Source: Paecilomyces variotii (taxonomy: Eukaryota). From it: DNA of 64,000 bases. The DNA lies in the NCBI GenBank assembly GCA_004022145.1, contig RCNU01000002.1, one strand, 5' to 3'. This document shows positions 37,579 through 50,293 of this stretch, one piece after another. Each line of letters opens with the position of its first letter. Position 1 is the first letter of the stretch. The notes beneath the pieces are model-generated. The model was not told the origin of the DNA. It worked only from the letters and a program-made list of their open reading frames with translations, and did not search any database. The position numbers and the translations under genes are program-made.

Positions 37579-40556
37579 ATGGCGAAGGAAGACGAGCGGC
37601 AGGGTGCCGCAAACAAGGGAAAGGGCAAGGTCGAAGATGCCCGAGAGTTGAACGGAGGTGCAAAGAATGTTAAGGATGAAAAGACGAAGGCGAATGGGAA
37701 GAAGGACGAGGGACCCAAGGAAGGTAAGGGAGCATGTAGCAAGCAAGCACGCAAAGTGGTGCTTGTTTGCCTCCGCGGTTCCATGCTGTGGGTTGCAGCG
37801 CTAACTCGATAATTCTCACAGAGGAACTGAGCGAGGAAGACCAGCAGCTTAAGGGCGAGCTGGAGATGCTCGTCGAGAGACTAAAGGTGAGTTGACTCGT
37901 CGTGAATGTGCAGGAACGTCATTAATAATAATCCCTCGATACTAGGAACCAGATACCTCCCTCTACCGACCGGCTTTGGATGCCATCAAGACGTTCATCA
38001 AGACTTCTACTTCTTCCATGACTGCCGTGCCAAAGCCGCTTAAGTTTCTCAGACCGCACTATGAAGATCTTACGGCACTGTACGACAAATGGGAAGCAGG
38101 ACCTGATAAGGTAGGGCGCTTGTTAACTGTCCGCAAGATACTGGATTTGAGCTAAAGTTTCTCTAGGATTCGCTGGCCGATATGTTGTCGGTGCTCGGTA
38201 TGACGTACGGAGATGAGGAGAAGCTCGAGACGCTGAAGTGGCGCCTTCTTACTACATCGGAAGACCTTGGCTCCTGGGGTCATGAATACATTCGACATCT
38301 GGCGCTGGAGATCGGGCAAGAATACCAGAATCGGTTGACGGACGAGAAAGATTTCCAGGACCTGACAGATCTTACTCTATCTCTCGTCCCCTACTTCCTG
38401 AGTCACAACGCCGAGGCCGATGCTGTTGATCTTCTAAGCGAGCTGGAAATGATCGAGGAAATCCCCCGGTTCCTGGACGAGAACACATACTCCAGAGTGT
38501 GCTTGTATATGGTCAGCATGGTCAACTTGTTGACGTACCCCGAAGACCAGCAATTCCTTCGAACAGCTCACGACATCTACGTCCGCTACAACAAGTTGGC
38601 TCAAGCCATGGTCATCGCTATCCGCCTTAATGATATTGATCTCATTAAGAAGGATTTCAGTGCTACCGAGGACAAGGCACTAAAGAAGCAGTTGGCTTTC
38701 CTCGTTGCTCGGCAGCAAATCTGGCTTGATCTGCCTGAGGATGAAGAGGATCAGGACCTGCTTGACTGTCTTAACAACACCCAGATCCCGAATCACTTCA
38801 AGGCCTTGGCGAAAGAGCTCAACATTCTCGACCCGAAGATGCCGGAAGACATTTATAAGACACATCTAGAGAGCAGCAGGGGAGCCGGTCTGACGAACGT
38901 CGACTCTGCAAGGCACAACCTTGCCAGTGCTTTTGTGAACTCCTTCGCTAACGCCGGTTTCGGCAATGATAACATGATGCTGGTCGAAGGTGACAAGGGC
39001 CCCTGGGTTTGGAAGACCAAGGACGACGGTATGATGTCGACGACGGCATCTATGGGAATGCTCCTGCACAGGGATGTTGAAGAGGGCCTAGGGAAGATCG
39101 ACAAGTTCACTTATGCTCAAGAGGACCAGATCAAAGCGGGAGCTCTCCTTGCCATTGGTATTCTTAACTCCGGTGTCAGGATAGACTCGGATCCTGCTTT
39201 GGCCCTTCTGAGTGATCCGGACAACCTTGAGAACAAGAGTGTCCCGATGAGAGTGGCCTCTATCATGGGTCTGGGTCTGTCGTATGCTGGGTCCAACAAG
39301 GAAGAGCTTCTCGATATTCTACTGCCCATTGTTGAAGATGTCTCTCTCGATATGCAGCTGTCAGCGATGGCTGCCGTCTCGTTAGGTCTGATCTTCGTTG
39401 GATCTTCTAACCACCAAGTCAGTGAAGCGATCGCTACGACGTTGATGGATGAAGAACGACAGAAGCATCTTAAGGACAAGTGGACCAGATTCATGGCCCT
39501 TGGTCTGGCGCTTCTATACTTTGGTAAGCAGGAAGAGGTGGATGTCATCCTAGATATTCTCAAAGCAGTCGATCACCCTATGGCGAAGCCAACATCCGTG
39601 CTCGCTTCTGTCTGTGCTTGGGCTGGAACAGGTACTGTGCTGAAGCTGCAGGAACTCCTCCACATCTGCAACGAGTATATTGAGGAGAAGGAGGAGAGCA
39701 AGGGTGACGAGCTCGTGCAGTCGTACGCTGTTCTAGGTCTGTCGCTCATTGCAATGGGGGAGGAAGTCGGTCAGGACATGATCCTGCGCCAATTCGGCCA
39801 CCTGATGCACTACGGCGCCAGCAATATCCGAAAGGCAGTGCCCCTTGCAATGGGTCTTATCAGCCCCAGCAACCCTCAGATGAAGGTCTACGACACTCTA
39901 TCCCGATACAGCCACGACACTGACAATGATGTCGCCATCAACGCTATCTTCGCCATGGGTCTCCTTGGTGCTGGAACGAACAATGCTCGTTTGGCCCAAC
40001 TGCTGAGGCAGCTGGCGAGCTATTACCACCGCGACCAGAACTCGCTGTTCATGGTCCGCATTGCCCAGGGTCTCCTGCACATGGGCAAGGGTACTCTTAC
40101 GGTTAACCCTTTCCACACTGACCGTCAAGTGCTTTCCCGAGTAGCGGCCGCTGGACTACTCACTGTCTTGGTTGCCATGATCGATGCCAAGCAGTTTGTC
40201 CTCGCCGAACACCACTACCTCCTTTACTTCCTCATCACTGCCATGTACCCACGATTCCTGGTTACCCTTGATGAGAACCTCCAGCCCTTGACTGTCAACG
40301 TCAGAGTTGGACAGGCCGTCGATGTGGTCGCTCAAGCCGGTCGACCCAAGACCATCACCGGATGGCAGACACAGAGCACGCCAGTGCTCTTGGCATACGG
40401 TGAGAGAGCGGAGCTGGAAGACGAGGAGTATATCTCGCTCAGCAGCACTTTGGAAGGATTGGTAATCTTGCGCAAGGTATGATGTATAACTTCTATAGTG
40501 TCTGAACAGTGTGCTGATTCTCCGTACAGAACCCGGACTGGGAAGCCTCAGCATAA
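37579..40556 (+). CDS. RPN1: 26S proteasome regulatory subunit Rpn1
   Basis: EELSEEDQQLK, TSSMTAVPKPLKFLRPHY, SWGHEYIRHLA, HNAEADAVDLL, PEDIYKTHLE, PC repeats, VRVGQAVDVVAQAGRPKTITG; four introns; stop TAA 40554-40556. Confidence 0.96.
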
Positions 40557-40942
40557 AGTGCTCGGGCACTAGAATTTCTTAGATCGATGTTTGAGGGAGG
40601 TCGGCGGATCAGGGAACAAAACGGTTCTCGGGTATGGTCATGTCTCATGTAATAGGAACAGTCGCGGAATTTCGAATACACCTTATTCTCTTACTGCTCT
40701 CAGTAGCGTAGGCCCCGGCATTTGATCGATTGTACACTGCGGATGGGAGGAGGACTGACAGGACTTCTCTCATCGAAAGCCTAGGTAGAGACGCACTCTA
40801 TATGTCTGTGAATAGACTAAATCTGGAAGCATGTAGTGAAAAAAGAATATATATAATACTATGCAGATCAATAATTATCTAGAGTAGAGGCCTGTTGCTT
40901 ATCGTTATCTTGAAGTTCCCTGGGGACTTCTACATGCGGAAA

Positions 40943-40960
40943 CTAGGGCTTAGGGCTAGG
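40943..40960. promoter_or_regulatory. Tandem telobox-like TAGGGC repeats (AGCCCTAA/AGCCCTAG) upstream of RIO2
   Basis: ctagggcttagggctagg about 130-150 bp upstream of the ATG at 41092. Confidence 0.35.
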
Positions 40961-41091
40961 TGTATCCATAAGTTTTTCTTGCGCCCATCCGCAAGGTAGT
41001 AAGTCAATACAGCATCAACCCTACCGCCAACACGTTGTGTATACTTCAATTAAGTCCTTTTTCTGGTTGATAAAGGCCTCAGAAAGCAGTC

Positions 41092-42484
41092 ATGAAGCTC
41101 GACCCGAAGGCGATGCGATACCTCAGCTCGGAGGACTTCCGGGTGCTAGCTGGGGTATGCCCCTCCAGACCCCGCAGTCATTTACTTGCGCGATCTGGTT
41201 GTCTGACAGCTAACAAGGGAATTTGTAGGTTGAAGCCGGAAGCCGAAATCATGAGGTCGTTCCTACGCCGTTGATCGTACAACTATCCGGTCTGCGTGGT
41301 GGTAGCGGAGTTCACAAGTCCATTTCGACGTTGGCGAAGGTCAACTTGATCGCGAAGGTCAAGAATGCCAAATGTATGTGGATGGGATATTTCGTGGTTT
41401 TTTTCATCATTGTTGTCGGCGGTAGCTGATTTACATTCGCGATTCAGATGATGGTTACAGACTCACGTACGGCGGTCTCGACTACCTCGCCTTGAACACG
41501 CATCAGAAAAATAAGAGCGTTTACTCTGTCGGCAACCGCGTCGGTGTCGGAAAGGAATCGGATATTATCGTTGTCGCACACTCGTCTGGAGAGCAGAGAA
41601 TCCTGAAAATCCACCGTTTGGGACGGATATCTTTCCGAACAGTCAAGACCAACAGAGATTACCTGCGAAACCGGAGTACGGGTTCATGGATGTACATGTC
41701 GCGACTGGCGGCAATGAAGGAGTTCGCTTTCATGAAAGCTCTCAGAGAAAACGGCTTCCCGGTCCCCGAACCGATTGCGCAGAACAGACATACTATCGTG
41801 ATGAGTCTTATTGACGCCTTCCCTCTGCGACAGATCTCGAAGGTCCCGAGGCCGGCGGAGCTATACTCAGAGCTCATGGATATGATCCTACAGCTGGCAC
41901 GCTACGGCTTGATTCATGGTGACTTTAACGAGTTCAACATCCTGATCAAGGAGGAAGAAGATCCCAATGCAAAGGGCAAAGGGCGAGAATCCGAGGAGGT
42001 TGATGAAAGCATCAGGCTGGTCCCGATCATCATCGACTTCCCACAAATGATTTCCGTTGACCATCCGAACGCGGAGATGTACTTTGATCGCGACGTGAAC
42101 TGTATTAAGCGCTTCTTCCAGCGGAAATTCCACTTCACAAGTGACGTACCGGGACCGTTCTTCGCTGATGCGAGGAAGCAGCTTATTGAGAACCCAGGGA
42201 AGAGACTAGATGTTGAGGTTGAGGCATCAGGATTCTCGAGGAAGATGGCACGGGAGCTAGAAGCCTACATGAAGGAGGTTGGAGTCGATGGAGACGCCGG
42301 TGCCCCCCGAGAGGATGAAGACGAAGAGCGCGATGACGACGAGGAAGACGATGAAGAAGAATCGGGATCGGATGATGAGAATGAAGAGGAGGAGCAATCA
42401 GAACGTCAAGCAGACGAGGTCGATGAGAGCGCCAGCAAACTAGAAGACCTGCACGTGTCAAAACCTCCTGAGGAGCAAGCATAG
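41092..42484 (+). CDS. RIO2: Atypical Ser/Thr kinase Rio2 (40S maturation)
   Basis: DFRVLAGVEAGSRNHEVVP, YDGYRLTYGGLDYLAL, GVGKESDI, KIHRLGRISF, IHGDFNEFN, IIDFPQM, acidic tail; two introns. Confidence 0.96.
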
Positions 42485-42982
42485 GGTACTCCTCTTTGCA
42501 TAAAAGATTTATGACCTTTGTAATTAGAATGAACCTTTTTCGATGCATTTGAAACAATCACATAATTCGAGCACTCAGATGAAATATGGTAGTATTCTCA
42601 GTGTAGAAATAAAGCACTTGATAGTTACCATAACCGAGGCGACAGAATGCTGTCTTGTCTGTATTTCTTCTGATATGCAAGATACAAAAACAATTTTGTG
42701 CAGTTTATGTGCCACATAAACAGTACATCTTTAGAGTGCTCCAATAGTTTACTTCATCTCAATTTGCGAATGATAACTAGTTATGGTATGAGTATGAGCG
42801 AGGCATACTTAACATGCTACGGCAAGCGGAGCGGCCAAACGCGCAATTTCCTCCATTCAACACCAAAAAGTCCCGCGGAGCAGATCATCCGAAAGACGAA
42901 CGCCGACGACTCCATCGTTGTCATCTCTCCACGTGTCCATTTTCTTCCTTCTGTTCATTGACACCGGGAGAATTGCGACAAG

Positions 42983-43856
42983 ATGGTCCGCAAGTTCTCC
43001 AAGTTCCCCAAGAAGCCGGCTGGCTGGCTTCCTCCGTCGGCACCGCTGCATATGCGGAAGCAAGTATTTCTGTACGTTTTTCCCTACGATGATCTGCCGA
43101 AAGCGAATACATCTTTCCAGAAAGACTGCAATGTTATCAAGGGTGCTACTTCTGAAGAAATATTCATACATCCGCTCCACATACATATGCATTGATGCTA
43201 ATCCGCTACCGTTCTCTCTCTCTCTCTACAGACCCGATTTCACCATCGCTCTTATCCGCACTCCCTTCCTTCCGCCTCGATATGCCTCCTTCTACGTCCC
43301 GCTCCATTTCAACAAGCTTGATATTCGCGACTATCTGCAGCGCTTGTACGGAGTCAAGGTGCTCAGCGTGCGCAGTTTCGTCGAGCAGCAGAAGGTGACG
43401 CGAATGCGAAAGGATGGCAAACATGGATATGGCCGTCTGAGGAGGCCCCAGGCGAAGAAGAAGATGACTGTTGAGATGAAGGAGCCGTTCGTGTGGCCTG
43501 AGCCACCGAAGGATATGGCACCGTATGTGAACCCTTTTTCCCTTCCCAATTTTTTATCTGCCCTCTATGAAGAAAAGAAGTTCGTAGAGCTAATTTGCTT
43601 TTTTTTCCCCTCGGTTTTTTATAGATGGGAAAAGGATCAATTCTTCAAGGCCGCCCAATATCAGAAGGACATGCAGTCCAAGAACGACCCCCAGTCCGCT
43701 ATGGAACCGAACAAGCCCGAGCGAGAGGCATTCGAGAAACAGGCCAAGGAACTGCTGGAGGGCAAGCAGACATGGAGACCAACCTGGCAGGCTCTGGGCC
43801 TGAACTATGACCGACCGGCCATTCCGACCGGTAAGGGATCCTCGACACGGTCATGA
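42983..43856 (+). CDS. MRP20: Mitochondrial large-subunit ribosomal protein uL23m
   Basis: KQVFLPDFTIALIRTP, FYVPLHFNKLDIRDYLQRLYGV, KKMTVEMKEPFVWP; introns about 43072-43230 and 43523-43624. Confidence 0.88.
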
Positions 43857-44337
43857 GGGGGCTCAACTTCGTTTCGGCGCTTTGTTCTTTTGTCTCCCAG
43901 GGTCTAACTGCGACCTTTTTACTGTCATTGTATCATATGGTTTGTGCTGTAGTATAAAATTGCCTGGCGTGGCGATGTACGGACCTGGTATTATCATCTT
44001 GCCGATTTTTCCTTTTTAGCTTAGTTTTTTTACAAAGACATAGACTCAACAGGTCAATGAATGGATTATCTCTATCATGTAGCTATGCTGGAAGAAGCAA
44101 AGAAAGATTATATTTGCAAATTAATGTCTGCTGTGTTGATAGGAAATGCTCATTTTGCACGTAATATAAGTAAGCATGCTAGAATATATAACATCAGGGG
44201 ATGTCCAAAGCTAATAGACAAAAGTGACGATCAAAAAAAAAGAACTAAGGGTAGAAAACAACTCCAAAAGCAACGCTCCCGTTATGTACAATCTGCGCGT
44301 TATCGTATACGGGAACCACAATGATGTTCTTTCGTAT

Positions 44338-47252
44338 TTATAGTCTGCTCTCGAACATGTTCATGTGGTGCTGGCCTGGCCAGTGGGCATCAGGCCAAAT
44401 GTGTCTAATGGCTTCCCAGATATGCCTGTTTGGATGTTAGTATAACTATTTCATCGCGGGAAAGGGCAGATACGAGGGTGACTTACTTAACGTAGATGAT
44501 TTCCAAGCCATCCTTGACCTCCTGCGGAACCTCCTTGACTTCCTTGTAGTTGTGCTGAGGCAGGAGGACGGTCTTGACGCCAGCACGCAGAGCACCGATG
44601 AGCTTCTCCTTGATACCTCCGACGGGCATGACTCTGCCTCTGAGGGATACTTCACCCGTCATGGCAATCTGCGGAGGCACAGCCTTGCCAGTAAACAGCG
44701 AAATCAAGGCAATTGTGTGGGCGAGACCAGCAGAGGGTCCATCTTTGGGAATAGCACCGGAGGGACAGTGAACGTGCAGGCTGCGGTTCTTCATAATGTC
44801 CTCATTAGGGTCCTGGGTCAGGCCAAGCTCGCAGGAGTGAGCTTTGACCCATGTCAGCGCAACCTCGACCGACTCTTTCAGGACATCACCAAGCTTTCCG
44901 GTCAGCTGTACGCGGCCATTTCCAGGCATGTCTGCTACCTCAATAAACAAGATGCTGCCCTGACCACCAGTGGAGTATGCCACGAGGCCAGTAACAATAC
45001 CAGGTCGAGCCTCCTTCTCGGCTATCTCCTCGTCATACCGTTCGATGCCGAGGATCTCTTCCAAATCATCCACAGTCACGGTTGGGTTATATGTTTCTGG
45101 TTTGCCTGCATCCTTGGCATCCGCATACTGCACGGCCTTGTAGCGACACACTGAGCCGATCTCGCGTTCCAAATTGCGCACGCCAGACTCCCGTGTGTAG
45201 CAAGTAATTATCTTTTCAACAACTTCGTCAGACATCTCAACCAGACCATCAGAAAGTCCGTTAGTCCTAATCTGCTTCGGAATGAGATGTCTTCTGGCAA
45301 TATGTCTCTTCTCAACCGTTGTGTAACCAGAGAGGGCGATCGTCTCCATCCGGTCCAGCAACGGTGGTGGAATAGTGTCCAGCGAATTAGCCGTTGCGAT
45401 AAAGAGGACCTTGCTCAGGTCGATAGGAATGTTGATATAGTGGTCCGAAAAGTTGTGATTCTGCTCTGGGTCAAGGACTTCAAGCATGGCCGCCGAAGGG
45501 TCGCCATGGAAGTTCGAGCCGCCAACTTTGTCTATCTCGTCAAGCAAGAAGACCGGGTTGGCAACACCAACTTTCTTCAAACCATTGACAATCAAACCAG
45601 GCATAGCTGCGACATACGTTCTTCGATGGCCCCTGATCTCAGCCTCGTCTCTGACACCTCCGAGAGAGATCCTGTGGAATTTGCGACCCAGAGATGCGGC
45701 GACAGATCTGGCAAGGCTAGTTTTGCCGGTTCCAGGGGGCCCAACTAGCAGAAGGATTGGAGATTTGTCCACCATGCGCTTCGACTTCAGCACCTGCAGT
45801 TTAGTCTCGAGTGCATCATTATCAGTCTCAGAGACAGACTCCTTATTCTTCGCTTCATCTTCAGTCGAATTATTGAGCTCTGCCGTGATCTTCGATATCT
45901 GGCTTTCCACATCCTTGTTCGTGGACTGCTTCAGCTTAAGCACTGCAAGATATTCAAGAAGGCGCTTCTTGATCCCTTCGAGACCATAGTGGTCGTCATC
46001 CAGTTGCTGTCTGGCTCTCTGAAGTGTGTCGGCACCCAGCTGATCTTCAGTTACTTTGGTCCATGGAATCTCTGCGAGGTTCTCGAGATAAGTCCGGCAT
46101 ACTCCGTATTCAGCGTTGACCGGATTCATCTTTCGTAGTCGCTTGAGCTCTCTATCCGCAACCTTTCTGGCCTCCGGACTTAGTTGCGCCTCATCAAGCT
46201 TCTGCTGCAGTTCGTCAATCTCGTTTGGCTCTTTATCGTCCGAATCATCCCCCCTACCAGCCATTCTGGGAGGAGTCAGTCCGTTGAGCCCTGCTAACGC
46301 ACGTCTAGCCAGTAACTCGCGCTGTCGTGGGTCCTGAGAGATATCTATACCCGAATTTGGCGGAAAGCTGGTGGTCATGATGGACGTGATTTTGACGCTG
46401 TTTTTGATAGATTGGACCTGTCTGCTCAACAGCTCCAACACTCTCTCCAGTCTGTACTTGAGATCCAAGGCAGCAAGCACACGTAGTTTCTCTTCAAAGC
46501 TAGCCTCCACCATGTCTGCCATGAAATCGGCAAGGCTGCCTGCCTGTGTGACATCCTTTTTCGCTATGAAGGCCTCGAAACGCCGTGCAATGATTGGGGA
46601 CAGACTCGTCGATGAAGAAGGCAAGAGAGAAGAAAGCCTCAACAATGTGAGCAACTCTCGTGAAAGCTGTTTCAACTGCTTAAATAATTCCGGCACTTCG
46701 TTGTCTTTGGATGACGGAACTGTAAGATGATGCTGTCAGTGGGTTGATGAATGTTGGTATACGTAGAAATGTAGCCCTACCTGGCTCATCATGAAGAATA
46801 ATTTCGCCTTCCATAAAAGGTCTCTCTTTCAGAACCCTTGCGACCGTAAACCTTCGGACACCTTCGACTAGGAGGTATGGATCGGCGTAAACTCGGCGCT
46901 GCACACCGATAACCTTGGCCATGGTGCCATAGGTGAACAGATCCTCCTTTCTTGCCTGACCAGGGTCTACAGCCTCATATTCAGGCTTCTGAGAGTCTTC
47001 AGAAGCCCCGTTCTCTATTAGATGTCTTCCATCTTTGCTCAAGTATGGCGAGCTCAGAGGAACACAGCCAAGTGCGATCGAGTTGCCCTCCCGTTTCACA
47101 GCAGTTGTCCGGTTCAGATAAGAGGATAGCAGGTTGGAGATGTCCGGACGGTTTGTCAGGGATATCCGCAGTGTGACGCCTGGCAACAGGACAGAGTCCT
47201 TGGGCAAGGGGATGAGGGGAAGTTTCGTTGTCTTGCCGTTGCTGGAACCCAT
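44338..47252 (-). CDS. LONP2: Peroxisomal Lon protease (LONP2/Pln-type)
   Basis: Lon N-domain [13 protein letters not shown]+ [16 protein letters not shown], protease KDGPSAG and GGIKEK; last exon ends FESRL-stop (PTS1 SRL) at 44338; two introns. Confidence 0.94.
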
Positions 47253-47964
47253 CGTTAGCTATGACGATGCGTTGTCACAAGTATTCAAGTGGTCTGTGAT
47301 AAAGAGCTCGGGGATGGATCGGGCTCAGGATGCCCCCGGATTTGATGGAATAGTGACAGTAGATATAGCACGAATGAGGGGAACCAAAGGGTTAATATAC
47401 TAGCATCGGGGTTGACTAGGGAGATGTTCCAGAACCGACACGAGGGCCAACGGCGCCAGAAAGCTGGGGTGTCAAGCGGTGATCCGCCCCGGTTCCGATG
47501 CCGAGGTTAGGCTACGTCAGTGTTGGAGATAGATAATTGGAGATCTGACCTGGCACGGTTGACATGGCAGTCTTCAGGGATGTAGATCAGTCTCCATCTT
47601 CTGGATGATTCTCACTTGCGCCTTACTAGGGCTTGTATGCGAGAGTATCATTGGGGAGTATTTCTACGGTGCTCTGCTGGTTCCATGTGGCGATGTGGCC
47701 AGGTACTTATGTTACATACATACTTACTATGGTACTTACTTGATGAGGGTCCCGTGATCTCTCGCCATCTTCGGAGCTGCGAGGAATCTTCCGCCCGCCA
47801 TATGGGATCTTGCGGATAAGCACCAGGTATCCCCCAGGTATCTGTGCCATTTACGGATCTTTTCCGTTAAGCTCTCAAGAAAGTCACTCTATATCCAGTC
47901 TTCGCTGCGTCCACGTACTCACAAGCAGTATCCCGTCTCTGCTTTGCTTGGTCTTCTGACCGCA

Positions 47965-49063
47965 ATGGCATCTGCCCCGCCTTCTGTGCCCCCCACCCAG
48001 GGGGGATCGCTCAAGAAGAAGTTCAACATTGGCACGCGCAAATCGAAATTGGCGCTACTTCAGACGGACATTGTCCTGGATGCATTAAAAAAGGCCTGGC
48101 CGGAGTACGAATTTGAAATCCACTCCAAGGAGACGGCGGGCGACCAGAACACAAAGATTGCGCTTCGAGAGTTCACCACCAAAAACCTATGGACGCAGGA
48201 ACTAGAGGATTTGATGCTTGCGGGGCATCTGGACCTCATCGTTCATTCCCTGAAAGGTATCTGACGCTCTTACTGATCTCAGAGTTTACCATTTCCCTTT
48301 CTGATCTGACTATTTTTATTATCTAGATGTGCCTACCCTTCTTCCTCCCACATGCGGACTTGGCGCCGTTATGGAGCGGGAAGACTCCAGAGACGTCCTA
48401 GTTATGAAGCAGGGGTTGCCCCCTAAGACACTTTCAGAACTACCTGCAGGCTCCGTCGTCGGAACGTCGTCCATACGAAGGACCGCACAGCTTGCTAGGA
48501 AATACCCCCATCTGAAGGTCCTCGATGTTCGGGGAAACATTGGCACACGACTATCTAAACTCGACGCAGAAGACAGTCCGTTTACCTGTCTTATTCTCGC
48601 CGCTGCAGGTCTCTTGCGTCTAGGTCTGGGAGACCGCATTACGCAGTACCTGGACTCCAAGAATGGTGAAATGCTGTACGCCGTTGGACAAGGTGCAATT
48701 GGCATTGAGATCCGCAAGGATGACAAAGATGTGATTGAAATGTTGAACAAAATCGGGCATAGGGAGACCACGCTTTCCTGCTTGGCTGAGAGGAGCCTGC
48801 TAAAGACCTTGGAAGGCGGTTGCAGCGCCCCATTAGGCGTTGAGACTGAATGGGTGCAAGGGTCTAACGGAGCGCAGAAGCTCAGGATGCGCTCTATTGT
48901 CGTCAGTGTAGACGGCAAGGAGAGTTCCAGTGTGGAGATCGATGGTGATGTGAACTCGCCTGAGGAGGCTGAGGCCTTTGGTGTCAAGGTTGCTCAGGAG
49001 CTTGTGGCCAAAGGAGCCGACTTGATTCTTCAAGTTATCCAACAAAACAAGCAGACATCATGA
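47965..49063 (+). CDS. HEM3: Porphobilinogen deaminase (hydroxymethylbilane synthase)
   Basis: IGTRKSKLAL, LWTQELE, VHSLKDVPT (across intron 48258-48327), VGTSSIRR, RGNIGTRL, AVGQGA, LEGGCSAPLG. Confidence 0.96.
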
Positions 49064-49889
49064 AGTATTTATTTCGCATATGTTTCAGATGAAAGACATT
49101 TATCTTGCCCAGCCAAATTCCCAACTGTGACTGGATGTTCGCGGGATGCGGGTCCTCTCTCGGCTTCCAGGTGGGGAAATACATACTGACATGGATAGAT
49201 ACATAGATACTTCCACATTTATATCATGGGTGAACCCCTCATGTTCAGATTTATACCATAGTTGCAAAGAGGGTGGAGCCAGCCACTTCAATGATATGCT
49301 GGCTAAAGACAGCCCACAGAGATGCACTAAGCTCCATCAAATATCGTGCGCATCAGTGTTCACATAGATAAATCTATGGCTTATATTGTAATCGATGACG
49401 ATTCTCATAGTCTTTGGGTACAATTGCTACCACAGCCACAGAAATAGCAGCACTCATCTCGAGACGACCAATGACCAAGTGAAACTGTTGAATATTGAAT
49501 CGCAGCACGGAAGCATAGTCTGACCTGAGCACCTTGAGTTGCTTGCTTGCTTCTAGTTCTAGGGATTTGAGCCCGTACTTACTTGTATAGGTATACAAAG
49601 AATCTAGTAATCAAGTAATCTGGTGGATTCTATCCTATAATCAGGATTAAAAGAACCTGCCGCAAACGGATGTTGACAGATCACCTGGCGTTCGCTTTGT
49701 GCGCCGACAGAGACCCTGTATACATCGGCCGAGATTAGCCTTCAAGTTTTATCCGTAATATAGAAGGAGAGGAAAAGCACCTACGCGGCCACGGTTCCAG
49801 ATGTGCCACAGAAAATACCCTTTCTGAAGAAGTCGCGGACAAGAGAAGATAAAAGCTGGCTCGCAAAGAGGTTGTGATTTAAAGATAGG

Positions 49890-50014
49890 GCAGAACATAC
49901 TTCAGGATGGCATGTTTTCATGAGAAAGGTGTTTCCTCTTGTTATAATCATTTTAGGATGACCTATTTTCAAAGGAGAAGGTGCGTTTCGTAATGTCATA
50001 ATCATTTTAGGATG
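49890..50014. repeat. Degenerate direct repeat, about 51-54 bp period
   Basis: Exact 17-mer ATAATCATTTTAGGATG at 49944-49960 and 49998-50014, each preceded by GAGAA(A)GGTG..TTTC; third partial unit ending AGGATG at 49909. Confidence 0.6.
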
Positions 50015-50293
50015 CTAATATTGGACAAGGCCAACTGGCACCTCGTTTCTGAATTGCTCCACCTCATAAGAGTGAATTGACCAGAGATTTCACCGGAGTT
50101 ACACTCATTCATGGGAGAGATACCAGGCGGAGATATGGCACATATTTCTCGGGGCGTGAGGAGAGAGCCGCATAAGCCATTGCGTAGGCCCATACCCAAC
50201 AGTGACTCTTTGCTTTAGCTTTGTCTATGCAGGAAAATGCGGAAATGCATCGTGTTCGGTGGGAGAATTGGGACACTCAGAAAACACCAGATT

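Noticed and set aside
40943-40960. TTAGGG as a telomere or interstitial telomeric array
   Set aside because: Only one exact unit plus degenerate neighbours, inside a promoter.
47700-47845. Repeated TACTTA and duplicated CCAGGTATC in the Lon/HEM3 promoter
   Set aside because: Short low-information repeats with no motif I can assign.
49890-50014. Spaced direct repeats as a CRISPR-like array
   Set aside because: Only two exact copies, the spacers resemble each other, the context is eukaryotic and there are no cas genes.
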